Of a stretch of 32,000 nt of DNA, positions 15,308 to 24,418 are shown piece by piece. The stretch is from NCBI RefSeq assembly GCF_036422035.1, contig NZ_JAZGQK010000003.1:504046-536045 (forward strand), read 5' to 3'. Each line of letters starts with the position of its first letter. Position 1 is the stretch's first letter. Below the pieces are notes generated by a model. That model did no database searches and was not told the DNA's origin. It worked only from the letters and a program-made list of their open reading frames with translations. Both the position numbers and the translations under genes were made by a program. This DNA comes from Plantactinospora sonchi. Lineage in GTDB: Bacteria > Actinomycetota > Actinomycetes > Mycobacteriales > Micromonosporaceae.

Positions 15308-16357
15308 GTGCCGGCGCCGCTGCGGTCCGGACGGAGGAGGTGCTTTGCCACGACTACGCCGCAGAACGATGCGGACGGTCCCCGGCGGACGGACCGGGCT
15401 GAGGGAGCCGTCCAGATTCTGATCATGCTCGCGATCGGCGGGGCCGCCGGTGCGGCGAGCTTCACTCACGTCCACAATGTTGCCGCAGCACACGGTCAAC
15501 CGGGATGGCTCGCCTGGGCGGACGCGATCGTCCTGGAACTGATGTCCATCGCAGCCGGACTCGAGTTGCGGCGCCGCAAACGCGCTCGTGTCTCGACCAG
15601 GTTCCCGGCGGTCGTACTGGGGTGTGCGGTCACACTGTCGCTTGCCGCGCAGGTAGTCGAGGCTGAGCCCTCGCCGATTGGCTGGATCGCCGCGGCTGTG
15701 CCGGCGCTCGGCTTCCTCGTCATGGTCAAGGTCGCCCTTGGCTACGCCGGCACAGCGACTCGGACCGACGCAACCCCGTCCTGGAAACACGAGCCGGACC
15801 GGACCGCAGGCGTTGAACCGTCCGTCGGACCGATCAACCACGCCCGGTCCGCCGGACCGGTGGGGGAGCGGTCCACCGCTCGGACCGTCCGTCCGCCCGG
15901 CGCCAGCCATCGACGGGACGGACGGACCCGCCGCCGCAACACAACGCATCGCGAGTGGTCCACGCACCGCTCACCGGACGCGGACGGACTGCTGCCCGCA
16001 GCACGACACGTCCGGGACCGGCTCGCCGCGGACGGGGAGCCGCTCACCCGGGCGGCGCTCGCCGATGCTCTCCGGTCCGCCGGGCACAGCGTCTCCAACA
16101 CCCGGGTATCCGATCTCCTCAAGACCCTCAAAGCCGAATCGTCCCTGCCATCGACTGCGTCCAAGCGCGGCCGGGCCTTACCGGCCGCGACGCCGCTGAA
16201 ACCCGATCAGCGGTCGCCAGGCATCAGCCCACTCAACCGTGCGACCGGCACCACCGACCTACCCGAAACGGACGACAGATATCGATCTGGCGAATCCGAA
16301 CCATCCCATAACGATCAGGAGCATCTCGATCATGAGCACCCACCTAAACCCAACTGA
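15308..16357 (+). CDS. DUF2637-like membrane protein (start uncertain)
   Basis: TM-rich N-terminal region ILIMLAIGGAAGAASFTHVHNVAAAHGQPGWLAWADAIVLELMSIAAGLELRRR...AVVLGCAVTLSLAAQV...IAAAVPALGFLVMVKVALG is typical of DUF2637 proteins of actinomycete integrative elements and phages. The C-terminal tail is Pro/Arg-rich and looks disordered. Confidence 0.6.
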   Translation: MPAPLRSGRRRCFATTTPQNDADGPRRTDRAEGAVQILIMLAIGGAAGAASFTHVHNVAAAHGQPGWLAWADAIVLELMSIAAGLELRRRKRARVSTRFPAVVLGCAVTLSLAAQVVEAEPSPIGWIAAAVPALGFLVMVKVALGYAGTATRTDATPSWKHEPDRTAGVEPSVGPINHARSAGPVGERSTARTVRPPGASHRRDGRTRRRNTTHREWSTHRSPDADGLLPAARHVRDRLAADGEPLTRAALADALRSAGHSVSNTRVSDLLKTLKAESSLPSTASKRGRALPAATPLKPDQRSPGISPLNRATGTTDLPETDDRYRSGESEPSHNDQEHLDHEHPPKPN

Positions 16358-16760
16358 GCAGTCCTACCGCGGCACGGCAGACACCACGCCTACCACGCAC
16401 ACTGCCGACCCCGCGTCCGCCGCAGTCGAGGTGTGGACCGCCGAACGCCTCCGTGCCCTGGGCGTAACCACCACCCTCGCCACCGCCGCCTCCGTACTCG
16501 GGGTCAGCCGCTCCCAGGCGTACCGGCTCGCCGCCACCGACACCTTCCCCACGCCACTGATCCGGGCCGGCACCCGCATCATCGTCCCAGTCGCCGGCCT
16601 GCTCCAGCTTCTGCTGCTCGAAAGCCCCGCCCCGGCCGCCGACGACCGGCGACTTGATCCCGTCGGCGAGACGAGCGTGGATGCAACGACCAGGCCACCA
16701 GCGGACTATGCCCACCACCGCTGGCGGCACCGCGTCGAGCACCAAGGAGACGATGCGTGA
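16332..16760 (+). CDS. xis: excisionase-like helix-turn-helix DNA-binding protein
   Basis: AGGAG lies upstream of ATG at 16332. The motif WTAERLRALGVTTTLATAASVLGVSRSQAYRLAATDTFPTPLIRAGTRIIVPVAGLLQLL is an excisionase/MerR-like HTH. Its stop overlaps the integrase start (GTGA at 16757-16760). Confidence 0.65.
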   Translation: MSTHLNPTEQSYRGTADTTPTTHTADPASAAVEVWTAERLRALGVTTTLATAASVLGVSRSQAYRLAATDTFPTPLIRAGTRIIVPVAGLLQLLLLESPAPAADDRRLDPVGETSVDATTRPPADYAHHRWRHRVEHQGDDA

Positions 16761-18229
16761 AGGGTTCCACCTTCAAACGTTGCGGCTGCCGCGACACCAC
16801 CTCGGGCCGGCGACTGGGGCGTTCCTGTCCCCAGCTCCACCGGCCCGGCGGTGGCTGGTCCCGCAGCCACGGCCAGTGGCACTGGCAGATCGAAGTTCCC
16901 GCTCGCGCTGACGGGAGTCGCCGGCCGCTGCGGCATGGCCCGTATCCGTCTCAGTCAGATGCCGACGCGGTTCTGGACCGCATCCGCGCCGCGCTCGCCG
17001 TCCCCGACCCCACCGACCCACACGCCACGGTCAAGACCGGCGACCTCATCGAAACCGCCGCCAAGACCGGCGCACCCATACCCACGCCGGATCAGATCCG
17101 CCGGGCGCTGCACCTGGACATCACCCCGACCGAACTGCCGACCCTGGGGGAGTACCTGACCGACTGGCTTGCCGGGCGTAAGAACATCAAGCAGGGCACC
17201 CTGCGCTCGTACGAAGGCCACGTCCGGCTGTACCTGATTCCGTACCTTGGCCACCTGCGCATCGACCGGCTCCGCCCCGGACACATCGACGCGATGTACG
17301 ACGCCATCGACGAACGCAACGCCACCATCGGCACTCTGCGCGCCAGCCGCGACCAAGCTAAGCGGGACCAGGTCAAGCGCCAGCGCATCGTCGGCCCGGC
17401 AACCCAGCACCGCATCCACGCCACACTGCGCAAAGCCCTCAACGACGCGATGCGCCGCCACCGGCTCATCGACACCAACCCCGCCGTCATGGTCGAACTA
17501 CCCCCGGCCCGGCCACCGAAGCCGACCATCTGGACCGACCAGCGCGTCAAGACCTGGCGCGACACCGGCAAGATCCCCAGCCCTGTCATGATCTGGACCC
17601 CCGAACAGACCGGACGATTCCTCGACCACACCCACGACGCCGGCGACAGGCTCTACGCCCTCTACCACCTCGTCACCTTCACCGGCCTCCGCCGAGGCGA
17701 AGCCTGCGGCCTGCACTGGGACAACGTCGACCTCGACGCCGCCACCCTCACCGTACGGTGGCAACTCGTCCAACACGGCTGGGTCACTGCGATCGACACT
17801 CCCAAGACCACCGACAGCGAGGCAGCCGTCGCTCTCGACGCCGAAACCATGGCCGTCCTGCGCGCCCACCGTGCCCGGCAACACCGCGAACGACTCGCGG
17901 CCGGTGCCGCCTGGATCAAGACCGGCCTGGTGTTCACCAACCCGACCGGCGGTCAGCTACACCCCGCCGACGTCACCGACCACTTCCACCACCTCGCCAC
18001 CCAAGCCGGCCTACCACCCATCCGCCTTCATGACCTTCGCCACGGCGCCGCCACCATGGGCCTCGCCGCCGGCGTCCAAATGAAAGTCATCTCCAACCGG
18101 CTCCGCCACTCCAGCCCTCACTTCACCGCAAAGTTCTACGGGGACGTACTGCCGGAGCTCTCTCACGCCGCTGCCGAAGCAACCGCGTCGGTCGTTCCGC
18201 GTCAACGTGGCGTGACATGGCCTACGTAG
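16757..18229 (+). CDS. int: tyrosine-type site-specific integrase
   Basis: The N-terminus KGSTFKRCGCRD...WHWQIEVP is the actinomycete integrase DNA-binding arm domain. Catalytic residues are in context: GLRRGEACGLHW (Arg), HDLRHGAAT (His-x-x-Arg) and RHSSPHFTAKFYGDV (His...Tyr). Confidence 0.9.
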   Translation: MKGSTFKRCGCRDTTSGRRLGRSCPQLHRPGGGWSRSHGQWHWQIEVPARADGSRRPLRHGPYPSQSDADAVLDRIRAALAVPDPTDPHATVKTGDLIETAAKTGAPIPTPDQIRRALHLDITPTELPTLGEYLTDWLAGRKNIKQGTLRSYEGHVRLYLIPYLGHLRIDRLRPGHIDAMYDAIDERNATIGTLRASRDQAKRDQVKRQRIVGPATQHRIHATLRKALNDAMRRHRLIDTNPAVMVELPPARPPKPTIWTDQRVKTWRDTGKIPSPVMIWTPEQTGRFLDHTHDAGDRLYALYHLVTFTGLRRGEACGLHWDNVDLDAATLTVRWQLVQHGWVTAIDTPKTTDSEAAVALDAETMAVLRAHRARQHRERLAAGAAWIKTGLVFTNPTGGQLHPADVTDHFHHLATQAGLPPIRLHDLRHGAATMGLAAGVQMKVISNRLRHSSPHFTAKFYGDVLPELSHAAAEATASVVPRQRGVTWPT

Positions 18230-18649
18230 CCGACGCTGCCTCCGGGAGCCAGCTGGAGGGGCTCCGGACCGAACAGGCTGCCTGCGACGTTCGTGCACGG
18301 CCTCCCAGACAACACCGTCGGCCGCAACTGCCCTGGGAACTGTGTGTTACTCAGGGGCAGGCGGGTCGAGCCTCTACCGGAACCAGCAGTCACAGCGCAA
18401 GTAACCAACAGGGGCGCCGGACGACCAGCGACCTGATTGCCGCCCAACCATCCGCGCGCGCCTGCAGTGGTCGTTCGATCGCTGTGAGTAGGCTTACCGA
18501 CTCGTGGCGCGCCTCAACGGGCCAATATCTCGCTAGCGAGGTGCGCTAGGGTACCCGTCATGCGCCTTCCCGTCAGGATCTTGAGTCATCGACCGTATAG
18601 GCCCAAGGCAGGCGGGAAGCCAGTCGTCGCTGGGCGGGTGGCAGCATAA

Positions 18650-20395
18650 ATGGCCAGCGCTCTGTTGACTGAACTCTACCCTGTTTCGCCGACGAACTTG
18701 CCAGCGGGCTGGGAGCTCAGGCCACTGGGTGAACTGATAACTGATGCGCGCAGCGGCTTCTCATCCGGTTCGCACAATAGCGATGGGGTTGGCATCCCGC
18801 ACTTGCGTCCGATGAATATTGACCGCGATGGCAGTGTAAACCTTAACCAAATCAAGTACGTCTCGGCGGATGCATCTACTCTCCGGCTCCAGCCAGGCGA
18901 CATCGTCTTTAACAACACAAACAGTCGCGAGCACGTCGGCAAGAGTGCCGTCTTCGACTTGGTTGACGCCGAGTGGGGCTTCTCTAACCACATAACTCGC
19001 CTTCGCTTGCACCAAGGGCTTCTACCCCAGTTCGTAGCCTGTCAGCTCCTCTATCTATGGGAGTGTGGATACTTCCGCTTTCATGCGAAGCAGCACGTGA
19101 ATCAAGCGAGCATCTCGACAAGTACGCTGACCAGCCGAGTCCCGCTGCTGGTTGCTCCGCTGTCCGAGCAGCAGGACTTGGTTGACCGTATAGAACGGAA
19201 CCGGTCCATACTTGACTCCATCACTACGGCGGTGGGCGGTGCGCGATCCCGACTCGGTCGTTTCGAAGACCAGACCATCCTTGATGCTATCGCTGGTCGC
19301 CTCGTGCCGACAGAGGCTGAGTTGGCAACGGCGAGGTCGGGCACGTATGTTTCAGGCAGCGAGCTACTCAAAAAGATAAACGATAGAGTAGCCGCCCAAG
19401 CGGGTGAGCTCTTCAATGCAAAGCCGCGGCGTTCATATAAGCGAAGCATCATCGATGTATCCACATCAAATGCTAGTGGTCTTCCCGATGGGTGGGTCCA
19501 GGCGCGGGTGGACGAGGTCGGCCTTGTGACATTAGGCAAGAAGCGGGAACCCAGCTCTCATTCGGGCCCATATATGAGACCCTATCTGCGCGTGGCCAAC
19601 GTCTACGAGGATCGCATCGATGTCAGCGACGTGCTTGAGATGAACTTCCCGCCGCAGGACTACAAGACGTACCGGCTGGAGTATGGCGACATACTCTTGA
19701 ACGAGGGCCAAAGTCCGGAGCTGGTTGGTAGGCCGGCCATGTATCGGGGGGAGCTGCCGGGCGGGTGCTTCCAGATGACGCTGCTTCGGTTCCGTGCGCA
19801 CCCAGGGGTGAGTGCGACGTTCGCTCTCTTGGTTTTTCGTGCCTACTTGCGCACCGGTCGGTTTCGAGAAGCCGCCCGATGGAGTACAAACATCGCACAC
19901 CTTAGTACGCAACGGTTTGCGGCCTTGCCGTTTCCTCTCCCGCCACTGGAGGAACAAGAGCGAATCGTTGAAGAAGCGACGCGGAGGCTTCGTGCTGCGG
20001 AGAACCTTTCGCAGGTGCTTTCGGCGATCGGCGATCGAGTGCTATTGGCCAGGCAAGCTTCCCTTAAGGCCGTCTTTCCTGGGGCAGTTGTTTATGGTGT
20101 CGTTCCCGCCATAGTCGAGGAAGCTGGCCAAAGTGAGTCTTCTCCCACAGGACGGAGCACGGCTCGACGATCACGTGCGGGTGGCCGAAGTGCGACAAGA
20201 GTCGACCTTCTGAAGGCGCTATCCGATGCCGAAACTGCGCTTAGGCCAGAGGAGCTATTCGACGCCTCCGGATATTCGGAGGAACTTATTGATGAGTTCT
20301 ATTCGGACCTGCGCAGACATATCTATTCGGGCAGCGTAAGGGAGGTTCGCGACGCTCATGGCGAGCCATTCCTAAATTTGGCGGAGCGGCAATGA
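18650..20395 (+). CDS. hsdS: type I restriction-modification specificity subunit (HsdS) with an extra C-terminal domain of about 100 aa
   Basis: There are two target-recognition domains (LPAGWELRPLGELI...GDIVFNNTNS and LPDGWVQARVDEVG...GDILLNEGQS). Each is followed by a conserved coiled-coil spacer (PLLVAPLSEQQDLVDRIE; PFPLPPLEEQERIVEEA). Confidence 0.85.
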   Translation: MASALLTELYPVSPTNLPAGWELRPLGELITDARSGFSSGSHNSDGVGIPHLRPMNIDRDGSVNLNQIKYVSADASTLRLQPGDIVFNNTNSREHVGKSAVFDLVDAEWGFSNHITRLRLHQGLLPQFVACQLLYLWECGYFRFHAKQHVNQASISTSTLTSRVPLLVAPLSEQQDLVDRIERNRSILDSITTAVGGARSRLGRFEDQTILDAIAGRLVPTEAELATARSGTYVSGSELLKKINDRVAAQAGELFNAKPRRSYKRSIIDVSTSNASGLPDGWVQARVDEVGLVTLGKKREPSSHSGPYMRPYLRVANVYEDRIDVSDVLEMNFPPQDYKTYRLEYGDILLNEGQSPELVGRPAMYRGELPGGCFQMTLLRFRAHPGVSATFALLVFRAYLRTGRFREAARWSTNIAHLSTQRFAALPFPLPPLEEQERIVEEATRRLRAAENLSQVLSAIGDRVLLARQASLKAVFPGAVVYGVVPAIVEEAGQSESSPTGRSTARRSRAGGRSATRVDLLKALSDAETALRPEELFDASGYSEELIDEFYSDLRRHIYSGSVREVRDAHGEPFLNLAERQ

Positions 20396-21933
20396 GGCTT
20401 GAGAGTCTGTATATCCGGTCTTGGAAGAATCTGCAAGATTTTGAAATCCACTTCTCGGATGTTCAGACTACCGTGCTGGTGGGACAGAATGGAACAGGGA
20501 AGTCAAATGTACTGGAAGCCCTGATCATAATTTTCCGGGATCTAGACCTTGGAGCGCCTCCGCTCTTTGCGTTCAAACTTGCCTACCGATGCAAGGGCAA
20601 GTCAATCCGCGTGGATTGCGATCCGGCACGTCGGGGCCGCACTGCCCTTATTGAGGTCGACGGTGAACGGTGGCGTGCTGATCGATTCTCCCGTAAGGGA
20701 GGCGGGGAGTACCTTCCTGGTTTTGTTTTTGGCTACTATTCAGGCCCGAGCAATCGAATGGAACGGCACTTCGAAAGCCATCAGATCCGTTTCGCAAGCG
20801 ATCTCCGTGAAGGAGCAGACAGGCCTCTCCGCCCATTGCTATACGCGCGCCTTGTTCACAGCCAGTTCGTTCTGCTGTCCTTCTTCGCTCGCGAATCCGG
20901 TGACCGTGAAGTTCTCACACGCTTCCTGCGAATTGTGGACCTTGATTCGGTATTGTTCGTCCTAAAAAGGCCGTCATGGTTCAACCCGAACAGAGGCGCA
21001 GACCCTACGAACCCAGGGGACCCCCGGATCTGGGGTGCACGCGGCGTGGTGCGTGACTTCGCCTCTCGCCTGTACCGTATTGCATTAGCGCCTATGCGGG
21101 GACGCCGGGGCTCTGAGCGCCTCTACCTGTATCTGAAAGACAAGAAGGACTTGCTTGCCCTTGCTGACGGCTACGATAACCAGGCCGAATTCTTCAAGGC
21201 ACTTGAGAGCTTGTATATATCTGATCTAATCGAGGATGTTCGAACCCGGGTCACCATAAGTGGCAGCGATGATGCTCTTACGTTTCGCGAGTTAAGCGAG
21301 GGCGAGCAGCAGCTCCTGACGGTATTAGGTCTGCTTAGGTTTGTAGAGGGTCAGGAGGGGCTCATTCTGCTTGATGAGCCCGACACGCATCTGAACCCGT
21401 CCTGGAGCTTGGACTACACCTATCTCCTGAAGACACACGTGTCTGATCCAGATTCAGCCAATATCGTGATGGCCACGCACGACCCGCTGGTTGTGTCGGC
21501 ACTTACCCGCGATGAAGTCCGCGTAATGAGACGAGGCGAAGCGGACAGGATCCATGCAGCGGTTCCTGAAGAAGATCCTAAGGGCATGGGTGTGGCCGGC
21601 CTTCTGACGAGCGAGCTCTACGGGCTGAGATCGCAACTCGATCGAGAGACACTCAACGCGCTGGATCGCAAGCGCGACCTAGCATCGCTCGACACGTTGA
21701 CGCCAGAGCAACGCGCCGAGTTGTCGTCACTCAATGAGTATCTGGCTAACCTTGACTTTTCGAGGACCACCCGCGATCCGCTCTACAAGCCCTATGTCTC
21801 GGCTATGACCGTACTGGAAAATCACCTTGCCTTGCGGAAGGCTACTTTAACGCCGGGGGAGATCGACCGGCGGCAAGAGTTAGCCAACGAAGTGGTCCGA
21901 TTGCTGCTTGAAAGGCTGGAGGCGGAGCCGTGA
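20392..21933 (+). CDS. ptuA: ABC/AAA_21-type ATPase, Septu PtuA-like
   Basis: Motifs: Walker A GQNGTGKSN, ABC signature LSEGEQQLL, Walker B/D-loop LILLDEPDTHLNP and H-loop MATHDP. Its ATG overlaps the hsdS stop (ATGA). It is followed by an HNH gene, as in Septu. Confidence 0.7.
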   Translation: MRLESLYIRSWKNLQDFEIHFSDVQTTVLVGQNGTGKSNVLEALIIIFRDLDLGAPPLFAFKLAYRCKGKSIRVDCDPARRGRTALIEVDGERWRADRFSRKGGGEYLPGFVFGYYSGPSNRMERHFESHQIRFASDLREGADRPLRPLLYARLVHSQFVLLSFFARESGDREVLTRFLRIVDLDSVLFVLKRPSWFNPNRGADPTNPGDPRIWGARGVVRDFASRLYRIALAPMRGRRGSERLYLYLKDKKDLLALADGYDNQAEFFKALESLYISDLIEDVRTRVTISGSDDALTFRELSEGEQQLLTVLGLLRFVEGQEGLILLDEPDTHLNPSWSLDYTYLLKTHVSDPDSANIVMATHDPLVVSALTRDEVRVMRRGEADRIHAAVPEEDPKGMGVAGLLTSELYGLRSQLDRETLNALDRKRDLASLDTLTPEQRAELSSLNEYLANLDFSRTTRDPLYKPYVSAMTVLENHLALRKATLTPGEIDRRQELANEVVRLLLERLEAEP

Positions 21934-22754
21934 TCTTCATCGATCTAGTCAGGCTTGAGCAGCGGGTGGAGTTGTCATGGAAGGAAAAAGCTGCGGCGGC
22001 GCTTCTTGACGTCCGTGCTGCAACGACAAGCGACGATCGCAAGAAGGTTTTGACCAAGCACGCAAGTCTCTGGGCGGAAGTAAAGCATCATTTGGCGGGG
22101 GCGAGCACAGGCAAGTGCTGGTACTGCGAAACTCGGGACGTGCGGTCCGATGCTGCAGTTGATCACTTTCGTCCGAAGAGTAAGGTCGAGGAAAGCCCGG
22201 AACACGAAGGTTATTGGTGGCTTGCCTTCGATTTCCGCAATTATCGTTATTGCTGCACTTTCTGTAACTCAACCCGTGTGGACCGTGTGGGCGGCAGTAG
22301 AGGCGGTAAGCAAACGCACTTCCCCCTTCTAAACCCAGAGGACCGTGTCTTCGAGGAGGGTGATATTGCGGTCGAACGCCCGATGTTGTTGGACCCGATA
22401 CGAGCTACGGACCCGGCCCTTCTGTACTTCCGGGAAGATGGCGTTCCTGAGCCAAGGTACGGGGGCGAAAAAGGATTACGAGCGAGCAAGTCTATTGAAA
22501 TTTACCACCTTAATCACACGGAACTCGTAGAAGCGCGTCTTGAAACGCTGAATCGGGTCCGGGAGTTGATTTCTCTTGGTAGAAGATACTATGATAGCTG
22601 GCTCCTCGACGGATCGGACGAGCCTGCTTTTGAATCCGTCATCGCCCAACTCAAGAAGCTCTGTGCCCCAGGGGCCGAGTATTCCGCAGCGGTCAGGGAC
22701 TTGGTAAAAGGTTATCGAGATTCTGAGCATACGTGGATCGACCAAGTTTTCTGA
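21930..22754 (+). CDS. ptuB: HNH endonuclease, Septu PtuB-like (TIGR02646-type)
   Basis: CWYCE...DHFRPKS...YRYCCTFCNSTR forms a Cys4 + His-Asn-type HNH core. Its GTG overlaps the ptuA stop (GTGA at 21930-21933). Confidence 0.7.
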   Translation: MIFIDLVRLEQRVELSWKEKAAAALLDVRAATTSDDRKKVLTKHASLWAEVKHHLAGASTGKCWYCETRDVRSDAAVDHFRPKSKVEESPEHEGYWWLAFDFRNYRYCCTFCNSTRVDRVGGSRGGKQTHFPLLNPEDRVFEEGDIAVERPMLLDPIRATDPALLYFREDGVPEPRYGGEKGLRASKSIEIYHLNHTELVEARLETLNRVRELISLGRRYYDSWLLDGSDEPAFESVIAQLKKLCAPGAEYSAAVRDLVKGYRDSEHTWIDQVF

Positions 22755-22770
22755 TAGAAAGAACGAGTAG

Positions 22771-24267
22771 ATGAGTAGCGCCCGAGACATCGTTCAGAAG
22801 CTTTGGAGCTATTGCAGTATTCTGCGGGATGACGGCCTGTCCTACCCTGACTACGTCGAGCAGTTAACGTACTTGCTCTTCCTCAAGATGGCACACGAAA
22901 CTGCCACGACTCAGAGCGGCGTTAATATTGTACCGAACGGTATGGACTGGCCGAGCCTTGTGGAACGCCGGGGGGATGATCTCCACCGACACTACGGTGA
23001 AATCCTGAAAACTCTAGGCGCCTCTGATGGGATGCTGGGCTTAATCTTCCGCGACTCTCGGAATAAGATTAAGGACCCACATAAGCTGCGGCTGCTCGTT
23101 GCGGATCTTATCGATGCTAGGCATTGGAGTGCGCTCGATATAGATGTGAAGGGTGATGCTTACGAGGGCCTGCTCGAAAAAAACGCCCAAGACACCAAAA
23201 GTGGCGCCGGTCAGTACTTCACGCCGCGACCCGTTGTAGACGCTATTGTTGAGTGCATTGACCCGAAGCCGGGGGAAAAAATCCTTGACCCTGCATGCGG
23301 AACCGGGGGCTTCTTAATTTCGGCCGCTCGTCATCTCAGGATGCGCAATCCGGACATGACGCCGACGGAGGAAGAGCACCTACGTCTGCACGCTATTCGG
23401 GGAGGGGAGCTGGTAGGTGAGGTTACGCGGCTTGCTGCCATGAACCTCCTTCTCCACGGCATAGGTCCGAACGCTGGCACAGCCGAGCCGCCGGTGGCAA
23501 CACAAGACAGCCTTGCAGTCCCGCCGAAGGAACTGTACGACGTCATCATCACGAACCCGCCTTTCGGGAAGCGCTCGAGCGTAACTCTTGTGACGAAGGC
23601 TAAGGAAGGTGACGATGAGCGCCGTCGTGTGCTGCGCGATGACCTATGGGTCTCGACTTCGAACAAGGAGCTGAATTTCCTCCAGCATGTTGCGGTGAGC
23701 TTGTCGCAGGGTGGGCGGGCCGCAGTTGTTGTTCCTGACGGCGTTCTCTCGGGTCCTGGAGCGGGTTCTGCAATCAGAAGGCGGCTACTCGAAACATTCG
23801 ACGTCCATACGCTTCTGCGGCTGCCTGCTGGCATTTTCTATGCGGCAGGAGTGAACGCGAATGTTCTCTTTTTTGATCGCAAGTCGCCTGGTCAAGGCTC
23901 GGAGCGAGGACGCTTGTGGGTATACGATTTGCGCACAGATAAGCGATTCACGCTAGTAGGTCGTCGCCTGAGCTCCGCTGACTTGACAGAGTTCACGAGA
24001 CTTTATGAGCCGGCGGATCGTGCGAAGCGGGAGGACTCAAGGGCGGAGGATCCGGTAGGCGGTAGGTGGCGAAGCTTTAGCGTCGATGACATACTCAAGC
24101 GGGAAGATTGCAGCCTGGATCTGTTTTGGCTTCCGTCGCAAGGCAACGCTATGGCGACTCAGAACTTTGACGAGATTGTAGGCGATCTTGTGGCTGATTT
24201 GCAGTTTGCGTTGGCCGAGGCTGCGAAGCTCATGCCAGGGGACGAGAGGCGCAGGGAAGAGCGGTGA
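22771..24267 (+). CDS. hsdM: type I restriction-modification N6-adenine DNA methyltransferase (HsdM)
   Basis: HsdM N-terminal domain (IVQKLWSYCSILRDDGLSYPDYVEQLTYLLFLKM), SAM-binding motif I (ILDPACGTGGFL) and catalytic motif IV (ITNPPFG). Confidence 0.9.
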   Translation: MSSARDIVQKLWSYCSILRDDGLSYPDYVEQLTYLLFLKMAHETATTQSGVNIVPNGMDWPSLVERRGDDLHRHYGEILKTLGASDGMLGLIFRDSRNKIKDPHKLRLLVADLIDARHWSALDIDVKGDAYEGLLEKNAQDTKSGAGQYFTPRPVVDAIVECIDPKPGEKILDPACGTGGFLISAARHLRMRNPDMTPTEEEHLRLHAIRGGELVGEVTRLAAMNLLLHGIGPNAGTAEPPVATQDSLAVPPKELYDVIITNPPFGKRSSVTLVTKAKEGDDERRRVLRDDLWVSTSNKELNFLQHVAVSLSQGGRAAVVVPDGVLSGPGAGSAIRRRLLETFDVHTLLRLPAGIFYAAGVNANVLFFDRKSPGQGSERGRLWVYDLRTDKRFTLVGRRLSSADLTEFTRLYEPADRAKREDSRAEDPVGGRWRSFSVDDILKREDCSLDLFWLPSQGNAMATQNFDEIVGDLVADLQFALAEAAKLMPGDERRREER

Positions 24268-24418
24268 TGCTGCGACGGCCCTTGTCCTGTCTATGGCTGC
24301 CGACCGGCGCCCCGCAGGAGGCGGTGATCCGTCGGCTGTCGGCTTCCGTTGACGGCAGCGGTCACCGCGTAGTGAGTAGAGCCGGATGGAGCGAGATCCG
24401 CACATGCGGTTCGGGAGG

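Larger units (their letters stand above)
14143..18229 (+). mobile_element. core of a decayed integrative element (replication-relaxation pseudogene, DUF2637, xis, int); ends not defined
   Basis: The gene order rep-like/xis/int, all on one strand, is typical of actinomycete integrative elements. I found no transfer (FtsK-like) gene and no att repeats. Confidence 0.5.
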
